A DNA stretch of 18,931 nucleotides from NCBI GenBank assembly GCA_050125095.1, contig JASFEA010000058.1:1-18931 (forward strand). Direction: 5' to 3'. The notes under the pieces were generated by a model. It worked only from the letters and a program-made list of their open reading frames with translations. It did no database searches and had not been told where the DNA came from. Of this stretch, positions 14,984-18,931 are shown piece after piece. The translations under genes and the position numbers were made by a program. Source of the DNA: a bacterium. GTDB taxonomy: Bacteria > Arandabacterota > Arandabacteria > Arandabacterales > JALGWA01. Numbering within the stretch: position 1 is the first letter of the stretch; every line of letters begins with the position of its first letter.

Positions 14984-16651
14984 ATGGGCAGTGTGAAGTG
15001 GCGTGTAATTCTGATCGCTATAGTCGTGATAGTCGCCCTGTACTATCTCTACCCCACCCTGAAGATTGTGTCCCTCTCCCCCGAGGAGAAGGCCGACATG
15101 CCGGCCGAGGAGTTCGCCCAGCTTAAGAACAGGGCCATTCACCTGGGCCTGGACCTTCAGGGTGGAATGCACGTCGTCCTCGAAATCGACAAGACCGCAA
15201 TCCCCGACGACGACCTCGAGAACACCATGAATAAGGCTGAAACGGTCATCCGCAACCGTATAGACAAGTTCGGCGTGTCCGAGCCCATAATCCAGAAGCA
15301 GGGCAACGACCGCCTGGTGGTGCAGCTCGCCGGCGTGCAGGACGAGGAGCGGGCCAAGGAGCTGCTGGGCCGCATGGCCCTCCTGGAGTTCAGGCTTCTC
15401 AAGGAGGGCGACGAGTTCAGGCAGATTATCGCCACCGTGGACGAGTCGCTTCACGTCGATATCAGGGAAATGACGGCCGATCTTGCGGCAGAGGAGTTCG
15501 AGCGCGAGCTCGAAGAGGCGGCCATGGACTCGGATACGACCGGGCTCCGCGACGAGCTGGAGGAAGAGCTGGCCAGGGGCCGGTCCTTGAGATCCATGAT
15601 AAACTTCATCCCCCTCGGGAGCGGGGAAGCGGTGCATGAGAACGCCATGGTCGAAGGCAAGTACATTCCGACCGTAAAGCGCATATTGGAACTCGCCGAC
15701 GAGCGCGGCCTTATACCCGTAGATGTAGAGGTACTCTGGGACTATGAGGTCGAGCAGGGCAAGGAAGACACCTTCCAGTACATCTACCTGGCCGAGCGCA
15801 AGCCTCAGCTCACCGGCAAGCACATCAAGCGCGCCTCCGTGGGATTCGGGCTCGACCCCGACTACCCCAACATGCCCGGCGTGCGCATGGAGATGAACCG
15901 GGTGGGGCGCTCGCTTTTCGCCAAGACCACGGGCGAGAATATCGGCCGCAGGCTGGCCATCGTCCTGGACGACAACGTACACTCGGCTCCCAATATCAAG
16001 GAGAAGATCCGGAGCGCCACGGCGTCCATCACGGGCAGTTTCGACGGCGATACCGCCAAGGCCCTCGCGGTCGTGATCGAGGCCGGCGCGCTGCCGGCTC
16101 CACTCATATTTGCGGAGGAGCGTTCGGTCGGGCCCTCGCTGGGACGCGACTCCATATCCGCGGGCGTCAGAGCCGCCATAATCGGCCTCATCGCCGTAGC
16201 CATATTCATGGTGATTTACTACCAGCTCTCGGGAATGCTGGCCATACTGGCGCTTGTCCTCAACCTCATCATAGTCCTGGCTGCGCTGGGCGGGCTGCGC
16301 GGCACGCTGACGCTGCCGGGCATCGCGGGTATCATCCTCACCATCGGCATGGCGGTTGACGCCAACGTGCTCATATTCGAGCGAATCCGCGAGGAGCTCG
16401 GCCTCGGCAAGACCGTGAGACGGGCCGTAAAGGACGGATACTCGAGAGCCTTCTACACGATTCTCGACGCCAACATAACCACGCTGATCGCCGCTGGCGT
16501 TCTGTACCAGTTCGGCACCGGCCCCATAAGGGGATTCGCGGTAACGCTTTCCATCGGTATTCTCGCGAGTATGTTCACGGCGATCATCGTGACCAGAACC
16601 GTATTCGACGGCATAACAAGCGTAAGAAGAATTGACAAGCTGAGCATTTAG
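14984..16651 (+). CDS. secD: Protein translocase subunit SecD
   Basis: LGLDLQGGMHVVL, IRNRIDKFGVSEP, LAIVLD, AGALPAP, VGPSLG, LTLPGIAGIILTIGMAVDANVLIFERIREE, DANITT and GPIRGFAVTL. Confidence 0.98.
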   Translation: MGSVKWRVILIAIVVIVALYYLYPTLKIVSLSPEEKADMPAEEFAQLKNRAIHLGLDLQGGMHVVLEIDKTAIPDDDLENTMNKAETVIRNRIDKFGVSEPIIQKQGNDRLVVQLAGVQDEERAKELLGRMALLEFRLLKEGDEFRQIIATVDESLHVDIREMTADLAAEEFERELEEAAMDSDTTGLRDELEEELARGRSLRSMINFIPLGSGEAVHENAMVEGKYIPTVKRILELADERGLIPVDVEVLWDYEVEQGKEDTFQYIYLAERKPQLTGKHIKRASVGFGLDPDYPNMPGVRMEMNRVGRSLFAKTTGENIGRRLAIVLDDNVHSAPNIKEKIRSATASITGSFDGDTAKALAVVIEAGALPAPLIFAEERSVGPSLGRDSISAGVRAAIIGLIAVAIFMVIYYQLSGMLAILALVLNLIIVLAALGGLRGTLTLPGIAGIILTIGMAVDANVLIFERIREELGLGKTVRRAVKDGYSRAFYTILDANITTLIAAGVLYQFGTGPIRGFAVTLSIGILASMFTAIIVTRTVFDGITSVRRIDKLSI

Positions 16652-16662
16652 CGAGGTCGACA

Positions 16663-17559
16663 ATGAGATTTTTCACGAAACCGGATCATGATTTCATCGG
16701 GTGGCGGAAGAGAGCCTTCCTCTTCTCGGCGGTGCTCATCGGGGCGGGCCTCATATCTCTCGCCATACACGGGGGCCCCGAACTCAGCATCGATTTCAGG
16801 GGCGGCGTTCTCGTACAGGTCAAGTTCGACCGCCAGGTTACCACGGAGGACGTCCGCTCGTCCCTGGACAAGATCGGTTACGGCGACGTCGAAATACAGA
16901 GGTTCGCCTCGGGCGACGAGTTCATAATCCGCGGCCCCTACGAACCCGATGAGGACGTCTCCGGCGACATGATAGCGGCTATCAGGCGGGACATGGCCGG
17001 CGCCGACGTCGACGTCAGGCGCGTCGAGCTCGTAGGGCCCAAGATCGGCTCGGAGCTGGCCAAGCGTGCCGCGCTCGCCGTCGGCATCGCGCTTCTCGCT
17101 ATCCTCATATACATAGCGTGGCGTTTCGAGTTCAGGTTCGCCGTGGCTGCGGTTGTTACGCTTCTCCACGACGTTCTCGTGACGCTGGGTCTCTTTTCGC
17201 TCACGGGCAGGGAGATCTCGCTGGCGGTAATAGCCGCCTTCCTGACGATCGTGGGCTATTCCCTTAACGACACCATCGTCGTATTCGACAGGATAAGGGA
17301 GGATCTCCGGAAGTATCACAGGAAGCGCTATGAAGAAGTCGTAAATGCCAGCATCAACGAGACACTGAGCAGGACGGTCATCACATCGCTCACTACGCTC
17401 GTCGTCATCCTCTTCCTCTTCTTCATGGGCGGCGAGGTCCTGAGGGACTTCTCATTCGCGCTCCTCATCGGCGTGCTGGTGGGTACGTACTCGTCCATAT
17501 TCGTGGCCAGCCCTATTCTGGTGGAGTGGAACAGGAAATCGCCCGCGAAGCGCCGCTAG
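16663..17559 (+). CDS. secF: Protein translocase subunit SecF
   Basis: IDFRGG, VGPKIGSEL, YIAWRFE, LLHDV, GYSLNDTIVVFDRIRE, SINETLSRTVITSLTT and GTYSSIFVASP. Confidence 0.98.
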   Translation: MRFFTKPDHDFIGWRKRAFLFSAVLIGAGLISLAIHGGPELSIDFRGGVLVQVKFDRQVTTEDVRSSLDKIGYGDVEIQRFASGDEFIIRGPYEPDEDVSGDMIAAIRRDMAGADVDVRRVELVGPKIGSELAKRAALAVGIALLAILIYIAWRFEFRFAVAAVVTLLHDVLVTLGLFSLTGREISLAVIAAFLTIVGYSLNDTIVVFDRIREDLRKYHRKRYEEVVNASINETLSRTVITSLTTLVVILFLFFMGGEVLRDFSFALLIGVLVGTYSSIFVASPILVEWNRKSPAKRR

Positions 17560-17606
17560 ACCGTACCTGCGGACTGTACATGAAAGGCGACACGGTTATC
17601 CATTTC

Positions 17607-17637
17607 TGGACAGCAATCCGGCTGTGTGTATTATAAT
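17607..17637 (+). promoter_or_regulatory. Possible promoter upstream of the 17733 gene
   Basis: TGGACA at 17607-17612 and TATTATAAT at 17629-17637. The spacer is 16 or 19 bp depending on the -10 chosen. Confidence 0.4.
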
Positions 17638-17732
17638 CATATTGTGAGACCCCATTTTACAGGGTCTTGGGAGGAGAGAACGGGGATGGGCGGCTGGCAC
17701 GGCACTTGCTCTAAAGAGGAGGTAGCCTGATC

Positions 17733-18305
17733 ATGAGATGGGTACTTAAAGCCAGCGCGGTCTCCCTTCTCAGTGTGGTGGTGATGATGACGGGTCTGTG
17801 TGGGGGTGAGGAGAACCGCCGGGGAGTTACCGAAGAGAGCCCCGAACCAGTTAGTGACGCGGGGGCCGGAACCAAAACTCGCGAAGAGCTCACGCTCGAA
17901 TCGCAAAAGGCAAAGGGTTCTCAGGAGGTAACGCGTGAGGCGCTCGAAGTGCTGGGTGCGATCGAAGAGGGGTGGCGGAGAAGCAGCGCCAGGCCGTTTG
18001 GCACACACCTCGGCAAGGGAAAGGTGAGGATTGACCTTGGGGAGGGCGGACCGCGCGGCGGGCTTTTTACCAGGAGCCAGGCTTACTACCTGCTCAGCGA
18101 TTATCTGGAAGATTTCCGAACGGTCGAACTCAAAGTCGAAAAGACATCCACCGAGACGAAGTCGGGTTCCCGGCCGTACATTCTCTTTGAGAGAGCCTAC
18201 CGCACACAGGATGGCGCAGAGATGAAGCAGGTCGTTTTCGTATCACTGAGCCGCGAAGACGACGCCTATGTCATCTCCGAGTTGAGGGCCATCCCTTCCA
18301 AATAG
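17733..18305 (+). CDS. Exported protein, DUF4783-like
   Basis: GAGGAGG RBS and signal peptide. GLFTRSQAYYLLSDYL and the C-terminal VFVSLSREDDAYVISELR resemble DUF4783 (recognised from memory). Confidence 0.65.
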   Translation: MRWVLKASAVSLLSVVVMMTGLCGGEENRRGVTEESPEPVSDAGAGTKTREELTLESQKAKGSQEVTREALEVLGAIEEGWRRSSARPFGTHLGKGKVRIDLGEGGPRGGLFTRSQAYYLLSDYLEDFRTVELKVEKTSTETKSGSRPYILFERAYRTQDGAEMKQVVFVSLSREDDAYVISELRAIPSK

Positions 18306-18338
18306 GTCTTCGCTCTCCCTGTGCAGGCAGGGGTGGCC

Positions 18339-18931
18339 GTGTCGCGAAGACGGCTCGTACTGATTCTTGAAATTCTGCTGTTTGCGGCTGCGCTTCTGGA
18401 CGTAAGCACCGGCTGGGCGTATTTGTCGGCCTGGGCGGCAGCCGCGCTTCTCGCGGCCAGCGTCGCCGGCCTGGTCCTGGGCCGCGGCTGGAAGCGCTCT
18501 ATCTGGTTTGCGCTTCTGGCAGTCGCCTTCGTAATCCACTTCTCCTATTCCGAGTACATACGCTTCGAGGCGAGGAACTGGGAAGGGGTGCGCGCCGAGA
18601 AGGCGAAGAGGGCGCTCAACCGGTCGCTGGCGGTTATAGACGACATATCGGGCGAGGTGTCGGACCTGGCACGTCACGCGGCCCTCGAGGGGCCGGTGGT
18701 ACGGGCTCTCGAGGAGAGGGATTACCGCCGGGTCTTCGCGGAGCTCGAGTCCATGCTGTCTTCGGGTGGAAGCGCCGGCCGTTCCTCCGGCCTTGTCCTG
18801 ACCGACCCCAGGGGCACTGTAGTCGCCTGGGGCGGGCGGCTCCCGGGCAAGCTGCCTGCGATGGAGGGGATGCCGGATGCGGGTCACCTCAAGTTCTTCG
18901 AGAGCACGACGGGCTACTGGCTGGAAGCCGG
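18339..18931 (+). CDS. N-terminus of a multi-pass membrane protein, probably a sensor histidine kinase (3'-truncated; absent from the ORF track)
   Basis: GTG start, open to the window end. MSRRRLVLILEILLFAAALL... has three hydrophobic segments, a long helix, then a Cache/PAS-like GLVLTDPRGTVVAWGG. The kinase domain is not visible. Confidence 0.6.
   Translation, partial: MSRRRLVLILEILLFAAALLDVSTGWAYLSAWAAAALLAASVAGLVLGRGWKRSIWFALLAVAFVIHFSYSEYIRFEARNWEGVRAEKAKRALNRSLAVIDDISGEVSDLARHAALEGPVVRALEERDYRRVFAELESMLSSGGSAGRSSGLVLTDPRGTVVAWGGRLPGKLPAMEGMPDAGHLKFFESTTGYWLEA

Noticed and set aside
14858-16663. 601-aa antisense ORF over secD, and similar long antisense ORFs over secF, rsmA, the barrel gene and the final gene
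   Set aside because: These are shadow ORFs expected from GC-rich codon usage opposite well-supported genes; they carry no recognisable motifs.

Overview
GC-rich bacterial chromosomal segment. A diderm FCB-superphylum-like origin is inferred from a C25 peptidase with a C-terminal FlgD-Ig/T9SS-type sorting domain and from lipoproteins. The housekeeping backbone on + is 'metG-tatD ... rsmA - large outer-membrane beta-barrel - two paralogous NTF2-like lipoproteins - membrane protein - pdxJ - secD - secF - DUF4783-like protein - start of a membrane sensor protein. About 7.5 kb lies between tatD and rsmA. It holds a SAM methyltransferase (-), a 1438-aa gingipain-like C25 peptidase with six exact-period 306-bp Ig-like repeats, a DUF5362-like membrane protein and an orphan JAB/MPN-motif protein (-). 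The peptidase gene is bracketed by an identical 24-bp repeat. The most notable items are (i) an unannotated ~140-nt highly structured RNA with its own near-consensus sigma70 promoter, divergent from the JAB gene, (ii) the JAB protein with a basic N-terminal domain and no ubiquitin-like partners, (iii) the GACCTGACCCC repeats flanking the peptidase, and (iv) a plug-less ~28-strand barrel plus lipoprotein module. All calls are by-eye motif recognition; no searches were run.
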